Part shown: one piece after another, positions 35,164-48,190 of the stretch | How positions within the stretch are numbered: the stretch's first letter is position 1 | Layout of the letters: every line of letters begins with the position of its first letter | Assembly: GCA_043228905.1 (NCBI GenBank) | Contig: JBHGNT010000005.1 | Coordinates: 3,906,001-3,970,000 of the forward strand | Direction of reading: 5' to 3' | DNA: 64,000 nt | Source: Azolla caroliniana | Taxonomy: Eukaryota; Plantae; Polypodiophyta | Notes under the pieces: model-generated | Told to the model about the DNA's origin: nothing | Seen by the model: only the letters and a program-made list of their open reading frames with translations | Database searches by the model: none | Program-made: the position numbers and the translations under genes

Positions 35164-37770
35164 AATTTATAGTTTATACAACGAATTCATACAAAATATA
35201 TTACAACCGTAATATCCACATGAACCAGAAGAATGTCAAGGAGAAAGTCTAAGTATCAGAAGCCCTCATGATGGAAGTTGTTCCAAGAGGGGGGGTGGAA
35301 AAACCCATCTTTTGTGGAGCATATCTCCACTTTATTCTTTCTCCAAAAAGAGATGAAAACCTCAGCGTTTTTCCAAATTTCTCGAAACTGTTGTTGTCTA
35401 CGAATCACAACCTCAGGCTCACCAGTTATTGCATCATATTGACCTCTTAAAGTGTGTATGAGCATTAACCATACCTCTTTGACTAAGTCAACTGCATTCT
35501 GTTTAACTTTCTGAAATACACATTTACATCTAGCCTTCCACAATACCCAAACGAGTAGAGAAGATATCGTAGACCAGACCATATCCTCTTCCAAACAACG
35601 AACTGATGTAATATCCGAGATCTCCAATACATGTCTCCCATCGGAGAGGAGAAGGAACTCACCATACTCCTTTTCATAGTTTTGAATTTCCTTAGCCAAT
35701 CTTCCCCATCTCACAAAACCCCATGTGTACACCTGCCTACCATAAATAGGATATAACATTCTCAACATTCTTTTCCAAACTGCTCTAGCAAACCGATTCA
35801 ATGGGAAAACCACAACTGTCACATTTTAAATCCTGACAATGTCCTCGCATCCATGACTTCAAAGGAATGGCATAATGTATCAACAACCATTTAAATAACA
35901 CGACCTTTTTAGGAATTTGCATGGCCCATAACCATTTCCAATAAGCATTCAACCAAGAATCAATTACATTACCAAGTCTCCAAAATTTACAAGCTGTTGG
36001 TGTAACAATCACACCTCTCCTTAACATTTCTCTACCCATTTTTACCGAATACTGAAAGAATGGGATTTGTTTACCTAACATTCCTTGCGCTAATCTGATT
36101 TGCCATTTCCACTCACTAGGATCCCACAAAAGGCGACCAATGGGCTTAGTCTCATAGACCCATAAATTAGAGAGATTGTTTACATCATTTGGATGTGGGT
36201 TCAATATCCATTTTTTATCTTTCTTCCATAATACACGAATAGGCAACTTATTCCCTCGAGTTACAATTTCGTCTTCCACAAAGAGAGAATGCAGTCGTCC
36301 ACAAGACAAAACATTAAAGTACAAGCATTCATGAGAGTTTTTATAATCCCTAACCCCCAATAATACATGTAGGGATGAAAACATACCATACCAAAACATA
36401 CTAGTTTGAGAAGGTTGAAAGGAAGATCTTGTAAAGACTCTATCCATTTCTGAATACATAATATTCCCTCCCCAAATTTCCCTACAAAGTCAGCCAATTC
36501 CCAACTGACTTAACTTCACCTTTATCAAAGTCAGCCCAATTCAACCTAGTTCTCTTCCCTAACATTACCCCATCTTCTGATGTAAATAGTGGGTTCAATA
36601 TGAGGGGTTGACGCAACTATTCCTCCTTACATGATGGTAGAGATTGGACTAAGTACTGTTTCAAGTCCCACCATGCCTTCATCATACCCCGTAAAAACTT
36701 ATCTTGGCGAAAAATATCAATGGACTAGTTAAAATCTCTTAAAAACCACCATCTAATACTATCTTTCCAATTGCCACCGATAGAAGGCACAACTTTAACC
36801 ATTCTCTGCCTTAAGATTTTTTTCCAAGCATCCCCACCAGGCAACAAACCTCTTATAATAAATTTCCCCACTAAAGCCTTACATTGTAAAAGAGGGTCAA
36901 TCAAACCAAGACCACTTCGTCCTTTGGAGTTCTAATAACTTTCCAAGATACCTTGATTCTCACATAAGAATAATCTTTAGATCCCCAAAGAAAATTCCTA
37001 ATAAGCCTTTATACTTGCGATCATAGATTGACACATGCGTGATATTCGTGATATTCTCCATTTGCAACATTCTCAATATTCGAGAATACAAAATGGCCCC
37101 AAGAATATTAAAAAACCATTCGTTTTGTAAAATAAATATAAAAATTTATTTATTTATTTAAATAAATGTATTTCAACAAAAAAAACAATTATTCATTAAT
37201 AGATTATAGTGTCAAGAGAGTTTATGAAACTTATTTTAATTAACTAATTTTTTTAAAACGAATATTTTTATATTTATTATACAAATATGATTAGTATGAA
37301 CTTTGAAGATATGATTAGTTTCAAGTACCATTTTTAATGTCAATATAAAAATATCCATAAATTTTGAGGAAATAAAAAGTGAGAAATTAATGAGCCTTTA
37401 TTTTATTTTATTTATTTATTAAAAATAAAACGACTACACATTTACTATAAAAATTTAGTAGTGTCAAGTCAAGTCCCCAAAGTCCCTCTTTTATTATCCC
37501 TATTTATTGTTAAGTTCCTTTTTTCTATCTTAGGAATTTTTTTTAAAAAAAGTTTTTTTTTTTGGGGGGGGAGGTAAAACGAATACTTGACTACCCATTC
37601 GTATTCGTATTCGTATTCATTCGAATGGGAAACCCCAAGAATGCGAATATGTCAATCTATGCTTGCGATAAAGCATAACGTGAGCACAACCAAGCCGATA
37701 AAATGTACCACATGGAGGCCAACAATACTAGATTGGCAATGACAACCCTTCCTGCCAATGACAATTTAGC
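35164..37770 (-). mobile_element. L1-type LINE ORF2 3' half, degenerate, replacing most of ANTH intron 1 to intron 2 in unit 2
   Basis: Motifs KLSLAGRVVIANLVLLASMWY, GLGLIDP, zf-RVT-like WKWLWAMQIPKKVVLFKWL..C..C and WVLWKARC. It is interrupted by a hAT MITE. Confidence 0.85.
37022..37661. mobile_element. hAT MITE (640 bp) inside the LINE
   Basis: TIR CATAGATTGACA/TGTCAATCTATG with a perfect 8-bp TSD cttgcgat. Same TIR family as 29170-30401. Confidence 0.92.
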
Positions 37771-39508
37771 ATGGATCTATCCTACGTTCTCATCTTAGTC
37801 TTCATGTGTTCAACACTTGGTTTTCTCATGGCATGAACCACTCTTCATATTTGCATGGGCACCATCATAAGCTTTTGTGCATCTACCTATATATCTATAG
37901 AGATAGATAGATAGATAGATAGATAGAGAGGGCTCACTCCCTTATGGAATATGTTTCAGCCATATTTTTAGCTACATCAACTTCAAGGTTAAGATCAGAT
38001 TTATCATACTGAGAGAGAGAGAGGGATAAAGAAAGAAAGATACATTAACATATTTTAAGAGGTCAAAATGGCCTGTAAGACCAAACGAGAGATTACATCT
38101 TATGTTTTTTCTCGTATTGGAGAGCAACAAATCACGGTGTAAAAAAAAAGTAAATAAGAGAAAAAGAGACTAAAGAATCTTGTTATTAGTACATGTAAGA
38201 TTCTCAAGTCAGATATATTGTAATTTTTGCCTTCAAAAGATCTCTAGCATAGGTCGATCCAGAATGGAGAGATCTCTGAATTTTATCCTAATCATGTTTT
38301 CGAGAGAAATTTACACTCTCATCTACATTCTACAGATGGGTACTGGCAGATGCTAATATGGGACTCCACCATATATCTCAAATTCAAGCATATAAAAAGT
38401 TCTATTAAGATTGTGTGACTGTTCCCACAAATATGAACTCTCTCAGAAATGACTTCTTTTAGTTAGTATAAACTACTGCTACCCATAATGTTAAAACTAC
38501 TCCATAACACATTCACAGGTAATTTTTGGAATACAATGTTGTATCACCCAAGTTTGTTCCAGCACTAGAGAGGTAGTGAGGCATATGCCAAAAGAAAAGG
38601 TTTGGCTTATTAATTCATGAGATCAAACATTAATTTATGATCAAAGGTTTACTGCACACATTGTGAGTCACTTATACCAAGAAAAGCATGAGGAAGATGC
38701 AGCATTTGGCCAATATCTGAATCTAATAACACGACACCCAGCTATATCATATTCCAACACTAGAAAATGATGCTGCATATGTCCAAAGCAAAGATTTGGC
38801 TTTATTGAAAAACGGGAATACACTTCGTAATTTATGCTCAATGGTTTGCTGTGCATATAATGTTAGGAAAGCATTAGCCAATAGCTGAACCTAATAATAC
38901 AATATCTTGCCATATCATGTTCACAAAAGGGACATTTTCATACAATTTTATGGACAAAAGGACTGACATAAGCCTGATAAGAAATGTTCTCAATCTCACC
39001 ATCCTACACTATCATGCCAGTTACGAGGTTACCATTCAAGTGCTTGGAAGTCTTTGCCAGTTACGCTTCTCTGGGTATTGAGTAAACATCTTGTTTGTTA
39101 ATACCAAGCAATAACCATTAATAGCATGGCAGCCGAAACTTGAAATAGCACCACACAACCAAGAACAAGATGTTCATCAATCAAAGCCTCTGAATTCTGG
39201 AGTAAGCTGTCAAATTTATATGAATAAAAGATAGACAGAAGGTACTTAACTCAAACACCTTCGCATTCAAAAGGATTGAAAGTGAAAACTAAGTATAACA
39301 ACTAATTATTTAAAGAATAATAATAATAATATCAGTTATTCAATGACTATGATGATCATTGTAGGGATCCCGAAATAACAAAATAATCATACACATTCTG
39401 TACAAAGAAAACTGTACATAAGTTGGTAAAACTACAGTACAGGCACACAGAAGAACCCTGTCCATTATGTGCCAAAGACCACTGATGGAAAAATTAAACT
39501 TCACATCT

Positions 39509-42367
39509 TTACTTCCAGAAAACCTTTTTGGTTCTCTTTCGATCAATAGCCTGCATTATAATTCATGTAACCGTGTAAAACACATCAGATTCAGTTTATC
39601 TGCAGCAAAGATGTCAGAAATGCATTTACCATCTTACCGCTTTGACAAATGCCCGCATAGTCAAAACCAGTAAATCTCGGGTTCTGTGTCATATAATCTC
39701 AATTAGCATTAACATCACCAGAAACTAATGAAACCTCACAGATATGAAGCTAAGACTACACAGACCAAAGAAAGTCATCATATGATGCGACTCATCAAAC
39801 CAGAACAATGTGAAATTCAAAATACCAAGCTAAACTGCTCTATTTAATTCTTGATTAATGATGAAAGGTAAGAAAGCCCTATTGAACGCACCGATTTTCT
39901 TCACAATCTAGCAGTTGGATGATGCCACCACTATTTATGATCGCACATTGACAATCCTTTACAACTTTAATCTCAACCTGCAAGATATTGCAGAAAGGAC
40001 AGTAATGAATGCACAATTTTACTGGGCATGATAAAACACTACACTTGACAATGTCACAGGAGTCTCCATGTATTAGCAGACATATATATTGCCCTTATGA
40101 ATTGAGATCCAAAATAAGTGTATTACAGGTGATTCTGATGCATATCTTTCATTTGACACAGCTTTCTTTCCATTTAACTTTTTCAGCTCATAACCAGATC
40201 GTCTCAATATCAAGGTAGCGGGCTCAAATGGACTGTCTTGAGAACTTTCAACCTACAGATAATGAGATAAATTCTTTATAAACGAAAACATTATAAAAAA
40301 AAGGATGAATAGTAGTGTGTAGCAGACTGACCCCCAGTTTCACAGAGAAAATCGCTTGCCCAAAATCAAGATACTCAGATAACTGATCCTTAATGCCATC
40401 TTCTGAAATAAACATTGCAAATCCCAATATTATATTTCAAGAACATGGATAAAATGGTATTCAGTTTTGTAAGTATTCAGTAAGCTGCAGAAAAACAAAC
40501 TAAAAGATGCTGAAATGGCTAGGTACAAGCATAATCCTGTTTTAATGAAAACTTTATGAAAATGTACGGGCATGACGATACCTTTCCAATGACAAAGCAG
40601 CTTATTCTTCACACGTTATTCAGATGAGCAATAGAGCTAAGAATAACTAAGTATTCTTACAAGTAATATTATTGTCTAAGGCACCTTATTGTCCATACCT
40701 TATACACATGCCGTTTTTAATGAGCCAACAAAGTTAATCATATCTCAGAAATAGGGATTTATTACATGAAAGTAAAGTGTGTATGAAATAAAACATATGC
40801 TTACGTAAAGTTATGAAATTTCCATTGTTGACAAAGACCGAAATCATATATCCCTGCCAAGGATGTTATGGAAAGTTATTTGTTGATTTGAAACAAATTG
40901 ACCAAATACGATACATGCGATGGAACTTTTTCAATTCTCGTACTGGTGTTGTAATCATTTATAGGGCGGTTATCAATATAATCATTGAATGTACCAATTC
41001 TTATGCATTTCAATTTCATTTTGTTTATAGCAATGATATTTTCCTTACTTTCCTGTTTCTATCATCCATCGGAGTGCACTCCAAAGACAGACGTGTATCT
41101 ATATCATCAGCAGTAATAGTATACTCAGGTTCTGCAGCACCTGTAAAAACAAAAAGTTTCTTTAAATATTAGATAGGAAAACCACCTTTAATTAAAGACG
41201 TTAAATAATACCTGCAATATGGAAAAAACTGCTATCTTTGTTGTGCCGCACCCACTGTTTAGAAAGACCAATGAGAAGTAGCTATCAATTTAGTTAATAT
41301 TCTACTTCGCTATCAAATTAAAATCAATTATTCATTTTCTACCTGAAAGTGACACAACGTAGTACCATTGATAGAATTACCAACTGCCCTAATTGTGTTT
41401 CCAAGTACTGCTTCCTCAGTTATGCACAAACTTTCAATAGCTGGTAAAGGGTCTGATTCTGTAATAAAGAAATTACTCTTGTAACACAAGTGATGAATTC
41501 ATTTTTCTCTCTCTCTCAACATTAAGAATACAGTTTTGCATGATCATCGACAAAACCTCAAAGCCAACGGAAAATGTAGCAATGATCAAATTTTCAGTAT
41601 TTAAAACCATTATTTCAAATAATCTGTTTCAATACATCGCGACAGATAGGAACCCTATGTTTGATGTTACTGTCTGAAGGATAGCTCAGAGTAATCTCCT
41701 TGTTTATTCTGACCTTTCAAAGGAATGTTTTTTTTTTTTTTTTTTGACGATAATTAAACCTCTGTCCTAGAATTTAAAGCACAGGAGAGATCAATTTTCT
41801 ACAGTATACCATCAGAAGAACTCTCTTCATGAAGAGTATGTAAATGAAGCTCTGTGTCATGAACTTGTCCTCCACGAATTAGAATTGAATCCTCATATGA
41901 ATTGATTGGAGGATCATTTCTGGTGTGAAAAACATGGAAGTTATGAAATTTGATTGGCCTGTATAGAATTTCAAATGGAATAATATCAGTTGATTATCAT
42001 CAGCGACAGAAACAGTGCCAAATGAAGCTTACAATAAGGTGTATTACCTCCTAACATTTTCGGTGAAGTAATTAGGAAACTGAATGAGGGGGGAACTGGG
42101 TGAATATGGTTCCTTAGCTTGCCCATACATTGGCCCCATATACAGCCCATGAGGTCCCTGTTATGATTCAGGATTTCTTATTAGGTAAGGTCACATATAT
42201 GGCCACTTGAACCCCCGTTTCTAACAGGAAATTTGCACTGTTCTTACCGAAAATGGAGGTGTTTGTAACCGTGGATGGATTCGTGAAGGTGAAGGTGGAG
42301 GAGCTTGCTGGGCTGATTTATATTCATCGTCTTCTTTCTTTCTGTCATTCATCATCATCACCATCAT
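39509..42367 (-). CDS. Copy B: candidate chimeric gene, antisense ANTH-5'UTR-derived N-terminus fused to the Ig(A9)+PH-like half of the minus-strand gene (12 exons)
   Basis: ATG 42367 reads MMVMMMNDRKKEDDE|YKSAQQAP. All 12 exons through [13 protein letters not shown] (stop 39509-39511) were read without stops or frameshifts and keep GT/AG sites. Expression is unknown and it may be a young pseudogene. Confidence 0.5.
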
Positions 42368-45300
42368 ATTCTGCTGCTTTATTCTTCGTTGAAGGAAGCT
42401 CAAAGTGAGAGTAATGGCTGGTGGAGCTACTCAGCCGAGTCTGCGTAGAGCCTTTCAAAGAAATTGTTCTCGCCAAACTTTCCTTTTGTTTTTCTTGTTG
42501 TAAAATCAATAAACCATATATATATTGTCTATTTCAAGCTTTCCATAATAATAAGGAAGACCAACCTTTGAAATGTGTTTCTACTATTTCAAACCTTTCC
42601 ATTTAAAAAAATCCCCTATTTTAAATCCAACCTTTGCGTTTTCTCGTAAAATATTTTCGATTTGTTTGTACATCCAAACATTTCTTTACTTCAAAACCTT
42701 TTTTCTACCATTTCAAAGCTTCCCATTTTGTTGAATTTCTTTTGTGAGTACAATTTTTCAAAGCATTTTAGATAATTTGGTTAACATTTCAAAGCTTTCC
42801 TGCTATCAAATGTTTTTATTGACTTTTCAAAGCTTTCTATTAATTGGGCTTTGTTGTACATGCATGTATTTCAAAGCTTTCCAGCTATAAAATATTTTTA
42901 TTGGCTTTTCAAAGCTTTCTATTATTTGGGCTTTTGTTGTACATGCATGTATTTCAAAGTTTTTCTGGTATAAAATGTTTTTATTGGCTTTTCAAAGCTT
43001 TCTATTAATTGGGCTTTGTTGTAAATGCATATATTTCAAAGTTTTTGTTAGTTGGATTTCCTGAACACTTTCAATTGGTTGGAGTGTATTCTGTAATCCA
43101 AACTTTCTTGTGTAGGATTTGGAGATAGCAATCGTCAAAGCTACGAATCATGTTGAATGCCCTCCCAAGGACAAACATTTGCAAGGCAAGTTCATGTATG
43201 CCTATTTTAGTGTGATCATGCATGTTGACTTAGAGATTAGGTAAATAAAAGGTTGTGCCAAATATGGACCACTGAATTGAATATGAGGAAATTATCACAT
43301 GGGCTTTGGTGAGGTTGTGAGAGTCTTCTGATGGATCACCTTTGTTATTGATGGTGAACGCAATGGGGAGCATTTTGTGAAATGATTTTGTGAAGAGTTG
43401 GGAGCGCACAATGACAGTATGGAATTCATATTCTGGGGTTTCATTTTGCAAGCTGTGACATTGCATAGGCAGAGGGGGAATTGCCCGTTTGCCAATTACC
43501 CATTTCACATTGAGTGAGATGGAGATCAGACAACATTTGAGCTATGTCTCTGTGAACTGGGACTCTCATCTCTCTGCAGTCATGATGGTACCAGCTGTTT
43601 TGATGCATATTACGTGAACATGATCTTCCTACCAATTGTAATCCCAGTTGAGCGTGTGCACCACAACAATCTACTTGTCCATAGTGTACTCCAGACAATG
43701 GTCTTAATTCACTTGAGCTAGATTTCTAGTGTAGTTGAGTCCATTTTTAAGAATAGTTGTCCACAATCCAGTGCTACACCGATGGGTTTGGCTGACGCTG
43801 AGAAATCATGTATAGAAGGCACTGATGTGGTTGTAGCCAGAATATAATCCACTGTGCTTGTGCCATGCCTATGTAGAAGGCAAGCAAAACCAATGTAAAT
43901 AAAACAGCTACTTTAGTGGATATATGTTTAAACCATTTAAAATATCCAGACCATGAGGGCCTGGTCTACCTCAACGAATCAATTTCCTTGTCTGAGATAT
44001 ACTATGTAAAAGGAGATCGTTGGTATGGAATGAAGCCACTTTAAGGATAACTATGCATGATCCATTCCTAAACCAATGAGTTCGGCTGATACTAAGAGAG
44101 CATGTATATTAGGCACTAGTGTGGCTGTAGGAAAGTAAAATTGCTACTTTAGTGGATATCTGTCTAGATTACTCAAAATGTCCTGTCCATGAGCAGATCC
44201 TCCAGAAAATATCCCCCATACTTAATGCATTATCTGTAGGATCTAGTAATCACCTACTCAAGCCCAACTTTGCAGAATCAAGTTCTTGCAGCATTTCCTC
44301 TGAAGTATCATGGAAGAGGATGGTTGCATGTTTCCTTAATTTGAAGTCTCCAAGCAATATTGCATTTCCACGGGAGAGAGATAGATATATCTTTAACGTC
44401 CACGGGAGACCGATTGTGAATGAACATAGGTCTTTGAAAGATTTTTATGCATAGGTTGATCCGAAATGGAGAGGTCTTGGAAGTGAGGGAAGAACCTATG
44501 GTTTTTTATCTGCCAATGACAAGGATGGTGAGATTGCGATCCCGACGACAAATTTCTGTTGCCCAATCTATTGTAACCCCTATGCAATGTCTTGGTTGGG
44601 GGCCCATTTGTGTGGCCCTTGATTGACTTTTACCATGAATAAGAGTGACATGGCTAAACAACGTTGTGATTGTTCTTTGCTGATGACCTTGTGTGGTTGT
44701 ATTGTGGTCTTTCAACGACATTTATCTCTCGAGTTCTAGCAAGAAAACCCCTAGGGCTTCCTTAAAGAGGCAATTATATCTCCCTCTTATTTCATGAAAA
44801 ACAGTACAATGACAATCTAGTGGTTTTTAGATTTCATGATGACACAATCGACAATTTCTTTCTCCTAGAGGTATTCATGCATATTTGCCTAACTCAATCT
44901 TTGATTGATGTGAAGAAGTTTGCAACTGCTGGGTCACACTGCACAACATATTGGATAAATGTACACCCATATAAAAGAACCTATTGATAAATCCATTCTC
45001 TGATGTATCTAAAAAAGGTCTTATAGTGGGCCATCTTCCTACCAAGAGATGTGTGGGGCTGAGGATGGCATAAGCATAAATGTACTACCCCCGTTTTGAT
45101 AAAGCTTGGATTTGTCCCCATCTAAACTGATCAAAGTGGAAAATAATAGAGTGACCCAAGTTGATATTATCAACTTGGAAAAAAAAATAACATGGATCTA
45201 TGCTACGTTCTCATCTTAGTCTTCATGTGTTCAACACTTGGTTTTCTCATGGCATGAACCACTCTCTATATTTGTATGGGCACCATCATAAGCTTTTGTG

Positions 45301-46464
45301 CATCTCCCTATATATCTATAGAGATAGATAGATAGATAGATAGATAGAGAGCGCTCACTCTCTTATGGAATATGTTTCGGCCATATTTTTAGCTACATCA
45401 ACTTCAAGGCCGAAATCAGATTTATCATACTGAGAGAGAGAGGGAGAAAGAAAGAAAGAAATATTAACATATTTTAAGAGGTCAAAATGGCCTGTAAGAC
45501 CAAACGAGAGATTACATCTTATGTTTTGTCTCGTATTGGAGAGCAACAAATCACGGTGTAAAAAAAAAGTAAATAAGAGAAAAAGAGACTAAAGAATCTT
45601 GTTATTAGTACATGTAAGATTCTCAAGTCAGCATAGGTCTATCCAGAATGGAGAGGTCTCTGAATTTGATCCTGATCATGTTTTAGAGACAAATTTACAC
45701 TCTCGTTTACATTCTACAGATGGGTACTGGCAGATGCTAATATGGGACTCCACGATATATCTCAAATTCAAGCATATAAAAAGATCTATTAAGATTGTGT
45801 GACTGTTCCCACAAATATGAACTCTCTTAGTAAAAAAGCCTATAGTTTTAAAATTCAGCCATTAAGCTTCTATGACTCTTCTCACAAATGATTTCTTTTA
45901 GTTAGTATTGATCAGAAGGGTAAAAAACGTACTGGATTGCCAAGAGATGGTAAGAGTTCTGTTATAACATGATGATACGCTAAAAGGAAACAAAAAAAAC
46001 CATTGCAGGGAGTGCATTATTTAAGATTTATTTCCAATTTATGTTCAAGTCCATCTGGTTTCATTCTTGCTATTCTTCTCTTCCAGGGTGGAGGATTTGA
46101 CCAGCTTACTCTGGATAGTTTATATGATGACGCTGCAATGAGACGTGCTCCATATTCAACTTCAACAAATAACTATGGGGGAGTAAACAATCCATTTGAT
46201 CCCAGATTGAATTCATATTCTGGTATGGTTCAGGATCCTTTTAGCGCATCTAACAATGTTGCTCCACCACCGAATGTACAAATGGCAGCAATGGCCCATC
46301 AACAACAAGCAATGCTATTACAACAAAACTTATTGCAACAACAACAAGTTATGGCTACGCCATTGGGATCCAATCCATTTGGTAATCCGTATGCTGTGAA
46401 TTTCCCATACGATACTCAACAGCAATATCAACACAACCCATTTGGCAATCCAGGCTTATTATAG
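42320..46464 (+). pseudogene. ANTH gene duplicate (unit 3): exon 1 truncated, exon 2 intact, exons 3-14 deleted, last exon identical
   Basis: Homologous to 14945-18335 and 25125-25932. Deletion junctions are at ~42450 (gtagagc|ctttc) and ~45660. ORF 46003-46464 has the same translation as 25471-25932. Confidence 0.9.
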
Positions 46465-47827
46465 AACAAAAGAGAGAAAGGAGCATTTTGGGTATACCCT
46501 ATATTTGGTTGTATATGCACTATGATTTTATATGATATAAGACCTTGCCCATTTCCTTTCCTGGCCAAAGGATTCTTATTTTGTCCATTTTGCAACAGAA
46601 GATTAAGGATATATGTATCATGTTAGTATTCAATAAAAGCTAGTTTTCTGTTCTTTTGTACCAAAAAATAGACGGGAAACTATAGGAATTGGAGAATTAG
46701 TAGTGCGAAAGAACATGATGAAAATGTCTACCAGAGGCCAAAATCAGTTTAAAGTAAATCATCCTGAAGCGAATTCTGAGTTGTCCTTTTGTTTCTCTAT
46801 GAATCCATGCTTAAAGTTCATGAATTATATTTGTAGTCTATCTTCCTCGGTGTGATTAGAGTCTTTTGCATATATATCCGAAATCTTGCTGCAATACCTC
46901 ATGTCTTCCATCATTTTGGAGAGGGGTGTAACATCAAAAGGGTACGTTCTTGATGTTGAGGCAATTGTCGGTGAACCCCCTTTTGGTGGGAAGGTGACCA
47001 TGGTTTCAAATAATCGTTTTTTGGTGGGGGCTCTTGGAAATGTCCTTTGGATCATCTTTGTCATATAGTGCTCGACGAGGCAACATAATGCGAGTAACGT
47101 AAGGATGTGGTGATGATAGAGAAGGCTTGGATTGGGGCTTGCATCTCTTTGACCTCAATGTAAGTGTTGATTTTTGCTTCAAATATCACTCTATAAAGTT
47201 TGGTTTGTGTGTTACCAATCCATTGGTTGGAGGGGATAATTGGCTCATGGATAAGCACAATTGTGTGCATGATCCATGTGTTGAGAAGACTCTCTAACAA
47301 GCCCCTATTGAACATGTGTGGAATGATAGGGCAAGTGCTTGTGGCATATATGAAGTACTCAGCTTTTCCACTTGGAAGGCTTGACATGCTATCTAAAATC
47401 AGGAAATCTAGATCTATTCATATTAAGAAGCATATCGTCACTATAGTGATTGATCACCTCTATGGAAGAAGAAGGATTTTTTGCTAAAATGAAAGATTTG
47501 TTTTGCTCTAATGGTTTGATTTGCAATATTTAGTATTTCTCAGAGGTAATGGAACCATTATTTCTACAATGTACAAGCAACTAATTAAGTTAAAGCTTAA
47601 AACATTCAATGCAAATACAAAAACTGTCTGTCTCGCTTAACCCTACTATCTATCTAACACGAAAATTCAAAACTACCCATAAAAAAACCTCAATTCTATT
47701 CTTGAAACCAACGAAGGTGGCTACAAAGTATTGTCTTGACTCTTTATATAAATAAAGAGAAGCTATATTTATAATCACCTAGAAATTATGATGGGACCAT
47801 GTTGCAACCATAACTTCATGTGAACTT

Positions 47828-48190
47828 ATGAGTACACACTCACACACAGAAACAAGAGGACCCAATGCTTCATGGTTGTTGAACCCAATGGTCATGGTGG
47901 CTATGGCTAATCTGAGAAGCAAGCAGCAGATACTTTGCAATCTTAGATAATATATCCCTTCTTTTTCTTCTTTTGTCGATCAATCATGGAATGTTATGCA
48001 GGTGAGATGCTTCAAAAGTATGCCAGGACCTCGTTCCTGCAGGCGAAAGATGATACTCGAGAAGATGCAACGAAGAAATAATGTTCAAAGCTTCCAAAAC
48101 CTTATACAAAACCAGAAAGCTCTGCAGCGAGTTTTGATTCTGAATAAATTTTTGGCGAATCATCCTTTCCCATCCATGGAAGCTTCTGAC
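47828..48190 (+). pseudogene. Truncated PORR duplicate
   Basis: Homologous to 27366-27730, with an early stop/frameshift (~47948). It is then joined at ga.ctt to the equivalent of 28887, removing ~1.16 kb. Confidence 0.9.

Noticed and set aside
46003-46464. 153-aa ORF as an independent gene
   Set aside because: It is the orphaned last exon of the ANTH duplicate, with a non-ATG start lying in intron sequence.
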